Source of the DNA: Octopus vulgaris
Lineage: Eukaryota
Direction: 5' to 3'
Assembly: GCA_951406725.2 (NCBI GenBank)
Contig: OX597833.1
Span: 18,972,001-19,036,000, forward strand
Length of the DNA stretch: 64,000 nt
The position numbers and the translations under genes were made by a program. The notes under the pieces are model-generated. The model was not told the origin of the DNA. It saw only the letters and a program-made list of their open reading frames with translations, and did no database searches. Below are positions 26,312 through 39,602 of this stretch, piece by piece; the stretch's first letter is position 1; each line of letters starts with the position of its first letter.

Positions 26312-27290
26312 TATTTAGTACTTAAAAGATGCAGGCATGACTATGTGGTAATAAACTTGCTTCCCAACCATTTCAATCTGGGTTCAGTTCCACTGCATGG
26401 CAGCTTATATATAAAATTTACCTTTTTACTTGTTTCAGTCATTAGACTGTGGCACCACTTTGTAGAATTTTAGTCAAATAAATCAACCCCAGTATTTATT
26501 CTTTTTTATGCCTGGTACTTACTTTATCAATCTTTTTTGCTGAATTGCTAAGTTACAGGAACATAAATATACCAACACCAGTTGTCAAGCAGTAGTGGAG
26601 AAAAACGCAGAAACAAAGACAAAATACACACACACACATCATCATCATCATCGTTTAACGTCCATTCTCCATGCTGGCATGGGTTGGACGGTTCGACCAG
26701 GGATCTGGGAAGCCAGAAGGCTGCACCAGGCTCCAGTCTTATCTGGCAATGTTTCTACAGCTGGATGCCCTTCCTAACGCCAACCACTCCGTGAGTGTAG
26801 TGGGTGCTTTTTACGTGCCAGGCGAGGCTGGCAACAGCCACGGTTGGATTGGTGTATTTTACGTGCCACCAGCACGGAGGCCAGTCGAGGCGGCGCTGGC
26901 ATCGGCCACGAGTCGGATAGTGCTTTTTATGTACCACCAGACCAGGGATCCTGGCTGGTTTAATTCGATTTCGATTGCCCCATATATATATATATATATT
27001 GTACAAAATCTCAAAGGGTTTTGTTTTGCAAGTTACTTATTGACCCTACCAGTGTTGGTGCCATGTAAAAAAACCATGCCAAAACTGACCACACCTGTGC
27101 TGGTACCATGTAAAAAGCACTCATTCCATTCTGCTGAGTGGCTGGTGTTAGGAAGGGCATCCAGCCATAAAACCATGCTAAAACAGACAGTGAAGCCTGG
27201 TGCAGTCTTCTTCCTAGCCAGCTCCTGTCAAACAGTCCAACCAATGCCAGCATGGAAAGCAGACGTTAAATGATGATGATGATATGTATA

Positions 27291-27334
<44 letters not shown>

Positions 27335-29711
27335 TGCTTCTTTCAGTTTCTTATTTCTTTATTGCCCACAAGGGGCTAAACACAGAGGGGACAAACAAAG
27401 GGATTAAGCCAATTAAATCGACCCCAGTGCATAACTAGTACTTAATTTATCGACCCTGAAAGGATGAAAGGTAAAGTCGACCTCGGCGGAATTTGAACTC
27501 AGAACATAACAGCAGACGAAATACCTATTTCTTTACTACCCACAAGGGGCTAAACACAGAGGAGACAAACGGATTAAGTCGATTATATCAACCCCAGTGC
27601 GTAACTGGTACTTAATTTATTGACCCCAAAAGGCAAAGTCGACCTCGGCGGAATTTGAACTCAGAACGTAACGGCAGACGAAATACTGCTAAGCATTTCG
27701 CCCGGCGTGCTAACGTTTCTGCCAACTCGTAAGGCTTTGGTCGACCCAAGGCTATAGTAGAAGACACTTTTCAAGATGCCATGCAGTGTGACTGAACCCA
27801 GAACCATGTGGTTGGGAAGCAAAGTTCTTACCATGCAAGCATACCTGGACAAACGAAAGGTGGCACTCAACACATTTGACAGGAGTTATATGTATTCGGT
27901 AACAGTCTGACTTGGCTCATCAAACGAACCTAACTCGTCAGGTCACATGGTGTTGTGACCTGCATTGACCAATCGCAGTTTTATACTAGGAAGCCTTGGG
28001 CTCCTCTTCATTCAGTTCCATGAACCTGAGGAGCTAGGGTTGTTTGATGAGCCAATGACACTTGAGTTGCATGGAACAGAAGCAATCTGTTATTACATAA
28101 TCCTTTCTACTCTCTCTCTCTTTTACTTGTTTCAGTCAGTTGACTGCGGCCATGCTGGAGCACCACCTTTAGTCGAGCAACTCGAACCCAGGACTTATTC
28201 TATCGGTCTCTTTTGCCGAACCGCTAGGTGACGGGGACATAAACACACCAGCATCCGTTGTCAAGCAATGCTAGGGGGACAAACACAGACACGCACACAC
28301 ATATATATATACGACGGGCTTCTTTCAGTTTCCGTCTACCAAATCCACTCACAAGGCTTTGGTCGGCCCGAGGCTATAGTAGAAGACACTTGCCCAAGGT
28401 GCCACGCAGTGGGACTGAACTCGGAACCATGTGGCTGGTAAGCAAGCTACTTACCACACGGCCACTCCTGCGCCTATATAGATACAAGGCCTGAAAAATT
28501 TTTTTTTTTGGGGGGGGGATTGTTGATTACATCAACCCCAGCACTTAACTGGTACTTATTTTATCAGCCCCAAAAGGATGAAAGGCAATTAAGCCGGCCA
28601 CAATCTTCTACCTGTTTTATTTTCAAGCCAGCCAGATCTGGCCTATCACACTTACCCTACAATGTCATTCTAAAAATAAAGTCATATCATTGAAATCTTG
28701 AAGCTATGAGATAATGCATGATTAATTCAAAACAATGTGAATAAATAAACATTATGTTTGACAATAATCTGAATGCTAAAGGGTTAAACTCAGGGTGTAA
28801 GGATGGACCAAATGCTGCTAAGAATTTTGCCTGGTATGCTAACAAAAATATAATGAGTGGCTGTGTGGTAAGTAGCTTGCTTACCAACCACATGGTTCCG
28901 GGATCAGTCCAACTGTGTGGCACCTTGGGCAAGTGTCTTCTACTATAGCCTCGGGTCGACCAAAGCCTTGTGAGTGGATTTGGTAGATGGAAACTGAAAG
29001 AAGCCCGTCGTATATATGTATGTGTGTGTATATGTTTATGTGTCTGTGTTTGTCCCCTCAACATCGCTTGACAACCGATGCAGGTGTATTTACTTCCCCG
29101 TAACTTAGCGGTTCGATGAAAGAGACCGATAGAATAAGTACTAGGCTTACAAAGAATAAGTCCTATGGTGCTCCAGCATGGCCACAGTCAAATGACTGAA
29201 ACAAGTAAAAGAGTATATGTATATCAAGATCTTCATTACTTAGCCCTCATTCCCTTCTGACAATGGGGTGAAGTTGTACATGAAATTTAAACTTATGCAG
29301 ATCCGTACACACCTGCCAATACTAATCTATTTTATGTATATGAAAACACAATGCATTTTACAGCTTGTAACTGAATACCACACCCCCAGCGGCAGCTGTA
29401 ATGTATTTCTTTACTACCCACAAGGGGCTAAACACAGAGGGGACAAACAAGGACAGAAAAACGGATCAAGTTGTTTACATCGACCCCAGTGCGTAACTGG
29501 TACTTAATTTATCGACCCCGAAAGGATGAAAGGTAAAGTCGACCTCGGCGGAATTTGAACTCAGAACGTAACGGCAGACGAAATACGGCTATGCATTTTG
29601 CCTGGTGTGCTAACGTTTCTGCCAGCTCGCCGCCTTCTGTAAAGGATTACCCACATTCTCCCTTGTCTTACTTGCAAGGTTTCAGCAGTAATTCCCAGGA
29701 CTTATACTTAC

Positions 29712-29778
29712 CTGTCAAGGCTGAACCAATAAAAGAACTACTTAGATGCTCCTCTGTCTCATCAATATTTTTACCTTT
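29712..29778 (-). other. Orphan candidate exon, 67 nt (KGKNIDETEEHLSSSFIGSALT)
   Basis: Acceptor ttctttttag|, consensus donor CAG|GTAAGTAT, open frame phase 0 to 1, non-repetitive sequence. Confidence 0.5.
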
Positions 29779-30100
29779 CTAAAAAGAACTATCAACTTTT
29801 ACTTTCACTTTTCAATTTTCATATTCATTTCTATGTCAATGTTATGAATGATTTGATATCTTCAGAACTAGCTGTCCATGTTTTATTTTATCATACCTTC
29901 ATGAACTTGACCGGTACATTACCTGTAACCAGCTATTAATTGCAATGATTCTGTATCCTTCCATTTAACACTGGATTTTAAGTACTTGGTTTGGCCTGAG
30001 CACCAAATGTCTGTATCTATTACATGCCATTTTTTTTACATGTTCTTACTAAATAGACACACCTAGACATATATACAGACACACACACACACACACACAC

Positions 30101-30325
30101 AAGAGATGGGTGCTGAAAAGTTCTTGGTTTTGAGGGTATCGTGAAAGGCCTGATTGGAGGCCCAACCTTCTGCCTCCTTTTACAGGGCTTAGAAAAACTG
30201 AAGGACTGCTGCAATAAGTGTATGAATGAATCTAAGAGGGGAATACGTTGAATAAAATCATAATTAACTGATCCTTCTGTATTTTCTTTTACTCAAAGCC
30301 AGGAACTTCTCACCACCCCTTTGTA
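30101..30325. mobile_element. Mariner-derived MITE
   Basis: Imperfect TIRs gggtgctgaaaagttcttggttttgag / ctcaaagccaggaacttctccaccacccc. Confidence 0.7.
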
Positions 30326-31355
30326 AATACACACACACACACATATATATACACATATATACACATTAATCATGACATGTAACTTGCAGTTGAGTTTTGT
30401 ATTAATTTAAAAAATAGTTTCCAGGGTTTGTTTACTTCGGTGAACATGAAACATCACACATCGTGTTGTCATATACAAATTATTGAGCTCCAAATCAAAG
30501 GTTTTCTCAGATAAATATGGAGATATCTGACTGCTATTTCTAGCATGCATGTCAAACAATCACATTCCGGCTGTAAAGATATGTGCACATATGCGCATGC
30601 ACACACACACATGTACATACATACACACAAACATACAGAGGAGATATGGATTTCTTTTTTTTTATACGAAAAGTAAATAAAAATACGATATTTATTTGAA
30701 TATTTTCAAAGGAGAAAGAGAAAAAACAAAAATAGATCTCTATATCTATAACCACACACATACACAGACACACACACATATATAGAAATTAGCAAAGTCA
30801 TTACTCTCGTTTTATATATATATATATATATACACATACATGTACACACATGTGAATGTGTGTATTTGTGTATGTATGTATGAGTGGGTGTGTGTGCATG
30901 CATGTAAATTCTTTGTTAAAAATATTGAATAATATTTCATTGTTTATGCAAGGAGAAGATTGGAGATGAAATAATTGACAGAAATAAAACGAGATAAAAA
31001 TTTACACAAAAAAAACAAAACATTTTGGCATTTTCTTTAACTACAATATATGTTAAGTGGACGGACATATTTTGACATACATGAAAAATATATTGTAACT
31101 AGTCAGCAATGAATGTTCTGATGAATAGAAATAATTAAAAATCATAGAAACAATAGAAAATGAATTTAAAACCATAAATTAATTTAGATATATATTAATT
31201 GAATATGTAGGAACTATTGAAAAATCTGTGCTTCACGAGATGCAACAGGTCAAAACAAAAAAATAAGATAAATAGTATTTTTAAATATCTAAAACTGAGA
31301 AACAACCTGGTCGACAAGTCAGGTCTACCAGTAATGTTGTAGGGGTGTTGGTAAT

Positions 31356-34300
31356 TCAGTGTTCATGTATAGAAAAATTTAGTGGTGGTATGGGAAATGA
31401 AGAATGACTAGGTCCATGGAAACCAGAGGGCGTGACCGTACTGTTGATAGCTTGTGCCACAGGACCCCTTGGTTCAAAGCCATGAGGGTTGTGACTTAAG
31501 ATACTGTTAATACTCATGTTGTGAATAACAGGAGGCGGTGGTGGATGACTACGATTATGGTAGAGGGCACCACCCTGGTGATGATGTTGTAGTGAGTTGG
31601 GGTCAATACTAGCCTGAGGGGGAGGGAGAATAGAATTGGTTGGGAACTTGATTGGAGAGATATTCAGTGCTTCATTCTGAGATGTACTGTTCACATCAGA
31701 AAAAATATTCCCCAGACCAAGACTGGGCACGTGTGGTAAATTAGGCATAGCACTGGAATGAGGTGGAATCTGTGGGGTATTTGTAGGACCATTATGGACA
31801 GTGTTCATTCCGAAACCTGTTTGAAAGTTTAAACCAATACCATTTTGAGAGCGTGAAGGTGGGAATATGGAATTAAAAGATGTACTGATATCACTGCTTT
31901 TCAAAACAGTTGAAGAAGTATTTGGAATTTGTCTTGTAGAAGAAGTGAACAGATTACTAGAAAGAAATGTTGGGGTGTCTCCTTGAATGGTACGGGGTGG
32001 TGGGGGAGATGTGTTGTTAATTGGAAAGTAAAGGGCCATATTTTGATCAAAAATTGATTGAGACAGGTTGGAATCTACTTCAGATAAAGACTGCTTATTT
32101 TTTTTGCTCTGAGACTGTTTAGTCCGTGAAGTTTGTTTTGTAGAGCGCTGCTGTTGATGCTGTGGTTGTTGTTGTTGTGGTTGGTGTTGCTGTTGTTGTT
32201 GGTGTTGCTGTTGTTGTTGTTGCTGTTGTGATGCATGTGATGGTTGTGGTGGAGGATTAGACTGAGGGAGTGTTAATGTAGCGTTGTTATCAGATATAGA
32301 ACTAGGAGTGCTCTGATGTGAGGAGAGGCTGCCCTGACTCAGTTGGCTCTGCGACAGAGACAACGTCTGCTGAGAAGCCTGTTGCTTAGCAGCTTTGCTA
32401 ACCGTATTTTGCTGTTGAGAAGAAGTAGATTTACTAATCTCTGGATTAATATTTACATTTTGTGACACAGTAGCAGCATCCCTTTGGCTGTGAAATAATA
32501 ACTGATTGCTGTCAAATCTACTATTAAATACAGGAGTGCTTGACCCAAAGTTAGATATTGACGTAGGGAGATTTGCATTAAAAGACCTACTAATATTAGC
32601 TCGGGAATTCTCATTAGAAGTTACGGGGGGGTGATGCAGAGGTGGTGTATGTAAAGACTGATAGTTCATAGGGGAGAAATAAGTTGATACACTACTCGTG
32701 ATTTGTGAAGAACAATCGACAGAGTTCAAACTAGATTGTTGGTTTCGATTGCTCAAAGAAATACTCTGTGAAATATTTGGTAAATGTTTCTGGTTTGAAA
32801 CAGTTCTGGAGCCATCATTTGACTGTGAAATCGTGTTCGACGAAGACTTTTCCAAATTTATTGTGTTTAATGATATATTGGAGCCATCTGTATAAGGCTG
32901 GCTTCTGGATATTGAACACGTTTCTAAAGAGTTACTCAAACCAAAATTGAAAGTATTGTGTGATTGTAAATGACTTGATGCCGTGGAGGAAGATGACGAT
33001 GAGCCACAGATAATGTTTTGTTCATTAGAAGTATTTTGATGCGGAATATTTGATTCTGTTTCATTATTGTTCTTCTGGTTATTCAGACCAAATGATGGTA
33101 GCCCAAATGTTTGTGATTGCTGGTTGCTACTGCTTTCATTGTTTTCGCCATGTAAAAGCTGTGGTGTGACTAGTGAATGCAAATGCAGGAAAGGGAAATG
33201 ATGGGAGGGAAATAAACTAGTGTTGTTGGAGTTTGGTAAAGAAAAAGTGAATGATGTTGACGAATTACAAACTGAACTGTCTGTGAAGGTATTAGATGGA
33301 ACAGTTGGAGTCAAAGTCAAACCGAGGTTGGCAAAGTTTAAAGCGTCACTTTCGCTGGTAGCAATATGATGTGTATTGTTAGAAGAAAAAGCACTTCCAG
33401 AAGAATAACTGGTTTTGTCAACCCGGGAATTATCATTTCTGCCTGAATGTACAAAATTCTCGGCAGAATAAATGCTTAAGTTGCGTGACTTTGATGATGG
33501 AAGAGTTCCTGCAACTGACACTGCGTCACCTGCAATGCTATTAGAAATAATATTGCTTGAATCTTGAGGAATTAGGGTTTGGTTGAGGGGCTGTGGGTGA
33601 GATTTTGGTGGTGCTGTATTTAATTTGGTTGAAGTGTTAAACAGTGATTCAGCAGAATACCTCAAAGAATTTGGTGAGGAGTAATTATTTTGTTCTGAAG
33701 TGCAAGGGGAAGCAATTTGAGCAGATGAATTGCTAATAACGTTCTGGCTGACCGAAGAATTGGTTTCCGGTTCAACAGCCGTGGATATATTTGATATTGG
33801 GGAAGGCATAGACACAGGAGATAAACTAGGTTGTGCTATATGCTGAGATTGCCTGCTGTAAGAGTGTTGCTGGGATCGAGGTAAGGACATAGAGCCAACA
33901 GAAACACTCTGAGAACCAGCATTTAACTGCCTGTTTGAATAGGTATTTTTGGGCAAAATATTGTCTTCATTTGACGTAGGTTGAGAATTACAGGCGAGCT
34001 GAAGTGACTTCTGCTGATCAATAATAGAATTTGATCGTGAGCGGTTGTTCTTGCTGTTGCCATTATTACTGCTTATACAGTTACTGCTGGTAGCACCAGT
34101 ACTCGTAGGAGATAGTCGGCTACTAAGCCTATTGTTCTGGTTGTGTGAGTGAATAGATGTCGAACAGGCCATTTCTGTTGGAGACGACTGTGTCTTTTCA
34201 ATCATCTTTCCAGGATAAGATGCAACAACCTGAGAGCTATTTGGTTGGCAAAAAGTTTTAGAAGAATCAATAGCTCTAAATGATTTGATTGGTTCTGATT

Positions 34301-37300
34301 CCTCTAAAGCCAGAGTTATGTCATAGGGGTCATAATTGACACTCTTTTCACATGTATTTTCTCCATTAGAGCCAGAAGGAGATTCATCAGTACTAGAAGG
34401 TGTGTAATTTGACACTGTTTTAGTAACTGTCGTAGAATCTGGGGAGAGCAATTCAGAAGGATTCTCTTCTGCATTCATTGAACTTTCACAGACGGAAGAA
34501 TTTATTTTAATTTCTTCAACTTCAATTAAGGATTCTTTAATCTGAGGCTTTTTCTTTTTGTTCATAACCAAATGATCAGAATCCAAGTCAGTGCAGTTTG
34601 ATTTACCTTTGCGCTTCTTGTTCTTTTTTTGATCGTTTTCATTGGCCCAGGTATTCCTTAAGTTTTCCACCTGGTCTAATACATCACTTATCTCACTTTC
34701 CGTAAAAACAATCTCATCAGGAATGTCAACTGATGGAGTTTGCTTTTTAACAGGCACTTTTAAAGTTTTTTTGACAAGTTCTTTGTTAAGAGCTTTTTGC
34801 TTTTTCTTCTCCATACTTACTGATTCAACTTGTTCGAGGACACCAGGAAACTGGTTTGAAGCGAAATTAATAGCTTCAGATATAGCTATAGAAACTGGCT
34901 TTTTTGTTAGCTTTTTGCTATCAGGTAATTTTTTGAAATCTTTTTTCATTTTCTCTTTTTCTGGTTCAATAATCTTAGATTTTAAATTACCGCGCTTGCT
35001 TACTGCCCCAATAGACTCACATATATCTGATTCTTTGAAAAATGTTGATGTAGATGGAGACGACACAGTCAAGTTACTACATGCATTATCCAAAGAATGT
35101 GTACTCTGAGTTTCAACCTCCATCTCTATTCGGCTTGATGTTGGAATATGATCGCTATCACAACTTTCTTTCGAAGGTGACTGTGCACTACAATCATCTT
35201 CAGTCTCTCCAGCACTCGTGTCTATATGCAGAGGATTATCTTCATTAGCCGGATTATAAAAACTACTTATCGGAGGAGATATGTCTTGTAAAGAAGAAGA
35301 AAATATGGACTCTGCAGCTTTTGCCAGAATATCTGTGGTACCAGTATTTTCTGAAGTATTAGAAGTTGAAGGTGATTGTATAATTGTTGATTCAGCAGTA
35401 GTAGACACACAAATATCATTTGTGCTGACTACGTTTTGCATAGTTGTACTAGAAGCCTCTTGATCGGAGCTCAGTGGAGTGGTGTTCCAGAGAGTTGAAG
35501 ACACAGAAACCTGTGTAGAACTTACTGAGTTGGAACTATTCATGGAACACACGGAAGGTAATGGATTTGTTTGATTGGCTTTAGGGGGTTTGGGTACAAT
35601 TGTTCTCTGAGAATTTTTTTTGTTATTTTTCTTACTCGAAACTGTAGGATTAGTTGAAGATATTGTAGTTGGAATGGTGGAAATTGCTGGCAGAGAAGGT
35701 TGCTGATTTGAGATATTTCCAAGTCCTTGCATAGAATTAGGGTTTAAAATACAACACGTCTGCTGTCCACCAGGTGGACCAAATGTAATTAGAATAGTCC
35801 CGTTTGGTCCGTTAGTTTGTCCTGACTGATTCACAGGTAAAGAACTTTGAAGATTTGTTGGCAAAGATGAAGTTACAGAAGAGTCAGTCTGCGAAGGCAC
35901 TGTTCCCACGGCTGTCTGCAAATTAGTCTGAGACACGTTCCCAAGAAGTATGCTGTTGTCAGGTGTGGATGTATTCGATGTTCTAAACTGCATTAACGAA
36001 CCTGTTGTGGTGGACATCACCACACCTTTTGAATCAGATGTTTGCGTTTCGGACCTTTTCACAAATGCAGGAGCACTTGTTGGCCGATGCATTTGAGAAG
36101 CTTGCACTTGAGTTGTCATGACACTCTGTGTCGCCGACGTTGTAACCATATTATTGTTGATGGAAGCCACAGTGGTAGCAGCATTAGACACTGGGAAATT
36201 CGATATGGTTGTTGTCATGAGGAGACCCATTGGAGGCTTTTGTTGACTCTGAACAAGGGCAGACTGATTCTGACACTGCACATTCGGAGGGTTTAGTATA
36301 GTAGTCAAATTAGAGTCAATAATCGGTATGTTATTGTTACCCAAATTTCCAACAACTGCTAGTTTAGCAGGAATTTGTGATGGATGTATAGCTTGGGTTT
36401 GAGCAGCGACAGCGGCTTGGAGCTGACAATTAGCATTTAACAATTGCTGCTGGATTTGTTGTTGTTGTAGTTGCTGCTGTAATAAGACCTGTGGTTGTGT
36501 AACCACAGGAATGATGTGTCCATTGGGTAAAATAAGTGCTGTTGGTAACTGATTTGGTTGACTGGGAACTGTATTCAGAGTAAGTAAGTTTCCATTTTGA
36601 CTAACAGGCAAGACAAGACCTGGATTGGGATTTAAAAAGTTAGTATTTGCACTTGCATAAGGAGCCGACAGCATTTGCTGCTGCTGAGCACTCAACTGAT
36701 TGTTCATTTGTGCCTGTTGAATCACAGAATTTGTGGCACCTAGCGATATTGTCTGCTGAGCAGGCTGAAATGCTAGCTGCTGCATTGCCGGAGCTTGATT
36801 GGAAGCCAATGCCTGAGCATTGATGGTGTTTTGAAGAGTAATGCCTTGCTGTGTTGCCTGTTGTTGATTCTGAACAGGGAGGGTAGCTGCATGATTTAGT
36901 ACCTCTGTGTTGTTTATCACATTAGTCAGTGCCATCTTTGTTTGGTCCACTGCATGGCCCAGCTTCTGGGTAGCAACTTTATCATTAGAAAACTGCCGTG
37001 AGTTGTTTGTTAGCGCTAAAGTTGTTGGGTCAACGACCATTTGATAGTTGGGCATCAAAGAAAGTCCACTATGGTCATTAACCAAAACGATCTGTCCTTG
37101 ACCTGTTTGAAGACCTTGTATCCCTCCAATCCCTGGCAGAGCACCACCAACAGGTAACGACTGGTTGGCAGCATTCATAATTGGCACGTTAATTAGTGCA
37201 TTACCATTTTGTAGAATTTGGTTATAATTTGACTGTCCAATCGACATGATTGGTACCTGTGTATTTATAGCTTGGGTTGTGTTGGTAATTGTGTTCGAAC

Positions 37301-38137
37301 CCTGCTGGAAACAATTATTTCCACTGAAAAACGAAGAGTTCATAAAACCAGTGTTTATACACTGGTTATTTGAAACTACTGAAGCTAGAGTCTGCTGGGG
37401 TGTTGGTTGCTGTCCTTGTGAAGAATCGGCAGAAATCATAGTTTCAGCATTTGTACTCGCTATGGAGCTAATCATAGCTTGTTGTGCCTGAGATGTAATC
37501 TGGGGCAATTGGGGAGGTGTTATAAATGACTGAGTGACTGAAGTAATACCCGCATCTCTCATTGCAATCTGTAACAGTCCAGAGCCATCACTGTTTCCTT
37601 TCTCGGAATTATTTGCAAGAAGATTAGAAGATGGTGAAACAAAGGCAACACTTGGCTGTGTAGAAGATCCTTGTAAATTGACAAAACTACCAGCAGAATT
37701 TGCATTGCTGAAAATAACTTGCCCTTGTGCATTCGAGGCAAGAATGGCATTTGAAAGAGAAGTATTTAACAAATTAGGAGCAGCTGCAAATATCTGCTGC
37801 TGATTAATTCCAGCAGGTAAGATATTAGTGGCTTGCATGCCATTAAAATTATTAAGGCTAGGCATAAGAATACTTCCAGAATTCATTTTTGTAATGGTTT
37901 CTTGTGCCAACTTGGCTATCTGCTTTTTGTTAGCTATACTTTCGAGTTGAGAATGTATTGTATTAGGTCTTTTGGATTTTGAGCTTTTAGTAGCGCCCTC
38001 TGTGTCTTTATCTTTTTTCGACGATGCCTGCAGGACATTTGAGGTTGTATCTGCTGATTCAGGTCTGCTGTCTGAAGAATTAGAAGTGCTGTCCACCTTT
38101 CTACCTTTCCACGAGGAGTTCAGTAGAGATGAGATAC
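31356..38137 (-). CDS. USF3: USF3-like giant terminal coding exon (6782 nt; Q/S/N/T-rich disordered region with polyQ)
   Basis: Acceptor tttcaccag| before 38137, in phase with the previous exon. It reads GISSLLNSSWKGRKVDSTS... straight into the 2246-aa ORF (31356..38096) and ends at TGA. WKG, TDILAKAAESIF and YSAESL motifs resemble recalled USF3 motifs. Confidence 0.93.
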
Positions 38138-38340
38138 CTGGTGAAATAGATTTGAAACAAAGATTTAAAAAATACTTTTGCTAAATAATGTGAACAAGAC
38201 TAGAAATAAATTCAGGTATTCATTAATGTGAAAAAAAAAAAAAAAGGTGTAATACTTCTTTTATTATAACATACCAGAACAGTTAAAAAAACAAGTGTAA
38301 TGAGTCATTACAGAAATATCATAGTAATAATATCTATTAA

Positions 38341-38561
38341 CCCTTTAGTGTTTAAGCTGGCCAAATCCGGCCCAATATATTCTACATGTTTTATATTCAA
38401 ACTGGCGATATCTAGCCTCTCACACCTAACCTACAATGCCATTCTAAAAATAAGTAATCACATCATTGAAACCTCAAAGCTGTAAGATGATCCAGGATTA
38501 ATTGAAAACAATTTGAGTGAAAAAGTATTACATTTAACAGAGTAATCTGAACACTAAAGGG
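38341..38561. mobile_element. TTAA-flanked MITE (piggyBac-type termini); partial relatives at about 28.6, 52.3, 58.3 and 61.6 kb
   Basis: TTAA|ccctttagtgtt ... aacactaaaggg|TTAA. Confidence 0.85.
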
Positions 38562-39019
38562 TTAAAGGCATAGAGAATTTATAACAATATCGAGAGCAAG
38601 AGAGGAGACTGTGCTGGTTTAGTCATGTGATGTGGATGGATGAGGACAGATGCTTAAAGAAGTGCCAATCACTTAAAGTGGAGGGAAGCTGTGGAAGAGG
38701 GAGACCTAGGAAGATATGGGACAAAGTATTGAAGGCCGATCTCAAAATGTTGAATGTTACAAAGGAGATGACAGAGGATTGAGATATGAGGTGCATTGCT
38801 GTACTCAAGAAGGCCCACCCACCACAATAGAATCGAGACCCTAAAACCAAGGTACCATGTAAAAAGTACCCAGTACACCCAGTAAAGTAGTTGGCATTAG
38901 GAAGAGCATCCAACTGTGGAAACCAAGCCAAAATAGGCTATGAAACCTGGGGTAGCCCCTGGCCTTGCCAGGTTCTGTCAAACCACCCAACCCATGCCAA
39001 CATGGAAAATGAGCATTAA

Positions 39020-39602
39020 CCCCTTACCCGGCAGAAACGAATATATGCGTTTTGACCGAAATCGTTTTTTTCTATCTCTGGCGAGTTAACTCGTCAAAAG
39101 ATAGACTCGCCAAAATCGACAGCAAATGAGTTCCTTTGTCTATTATAAACTCTTTTTTGACATATACGAGTATATTCGCTCATTTTATACGTCTGGCAGT
39201 GACGATTTTTGCCACCTTTCACTTGAGTAAGGCATTGAAGACCGAGTATGATTTAGTCACCTGGAGACAGTCGAAGGGTTGGAAGGCACATTTTATGAAT
39301 AGAAGTATTCACTTTGTTTTTACGTTGTTTTTTTATACCTTTATATTATAACCCCACCATGTCGATAACCAAATAAAATAACATGATTTTTTGTAAAAGT
39401 AATATGATTTATGAAAAAAAATGGGTTAACTCGTTTCTGCCCAAAGCGGTAATTTAAAATCAATATTATTGAATTAAAATTCATAATAAATAAGGTTTGA
39501 AATATACCTCGAAATCACCATTCAAAACATAGTAAAATAAAACAATTAAAAAATATGTCTGAAAAAATACATTTATTTTCAAAATAATTGTTGGGTAAGG
39601 GG
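39020..39602. mobile_element. Non-autonomous TTAA element (583 bp) nested in an RTE tail
   Basis: TTAA|ccccttaccc ... gggtaagggg|TTAA. Removing it restores catggaaaatgagcaTTAAatgctgatg, the RTE-tail end. Confidence 0.9.

Noticed and set aside
30691-30696. AATAAA on the minus strand as the USF3 polyadenylation signal
   Set aside because: Plausible, about 660 nt past the stop, but the hexamer is common in AT-rich DNA and cannot be supported without 3' end reads.
38094-38096. GTG start assigned to the 2246-aa ORF
   Set aside because: The frame continues upstream to a splice acceptor at 38137; this is an internal Val of a spliced exon.
32698-38184. Plus-strand ORFs overlapping the giant exon
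   Set aside because: Short antisense shadows of the real coding frame with no independent features.
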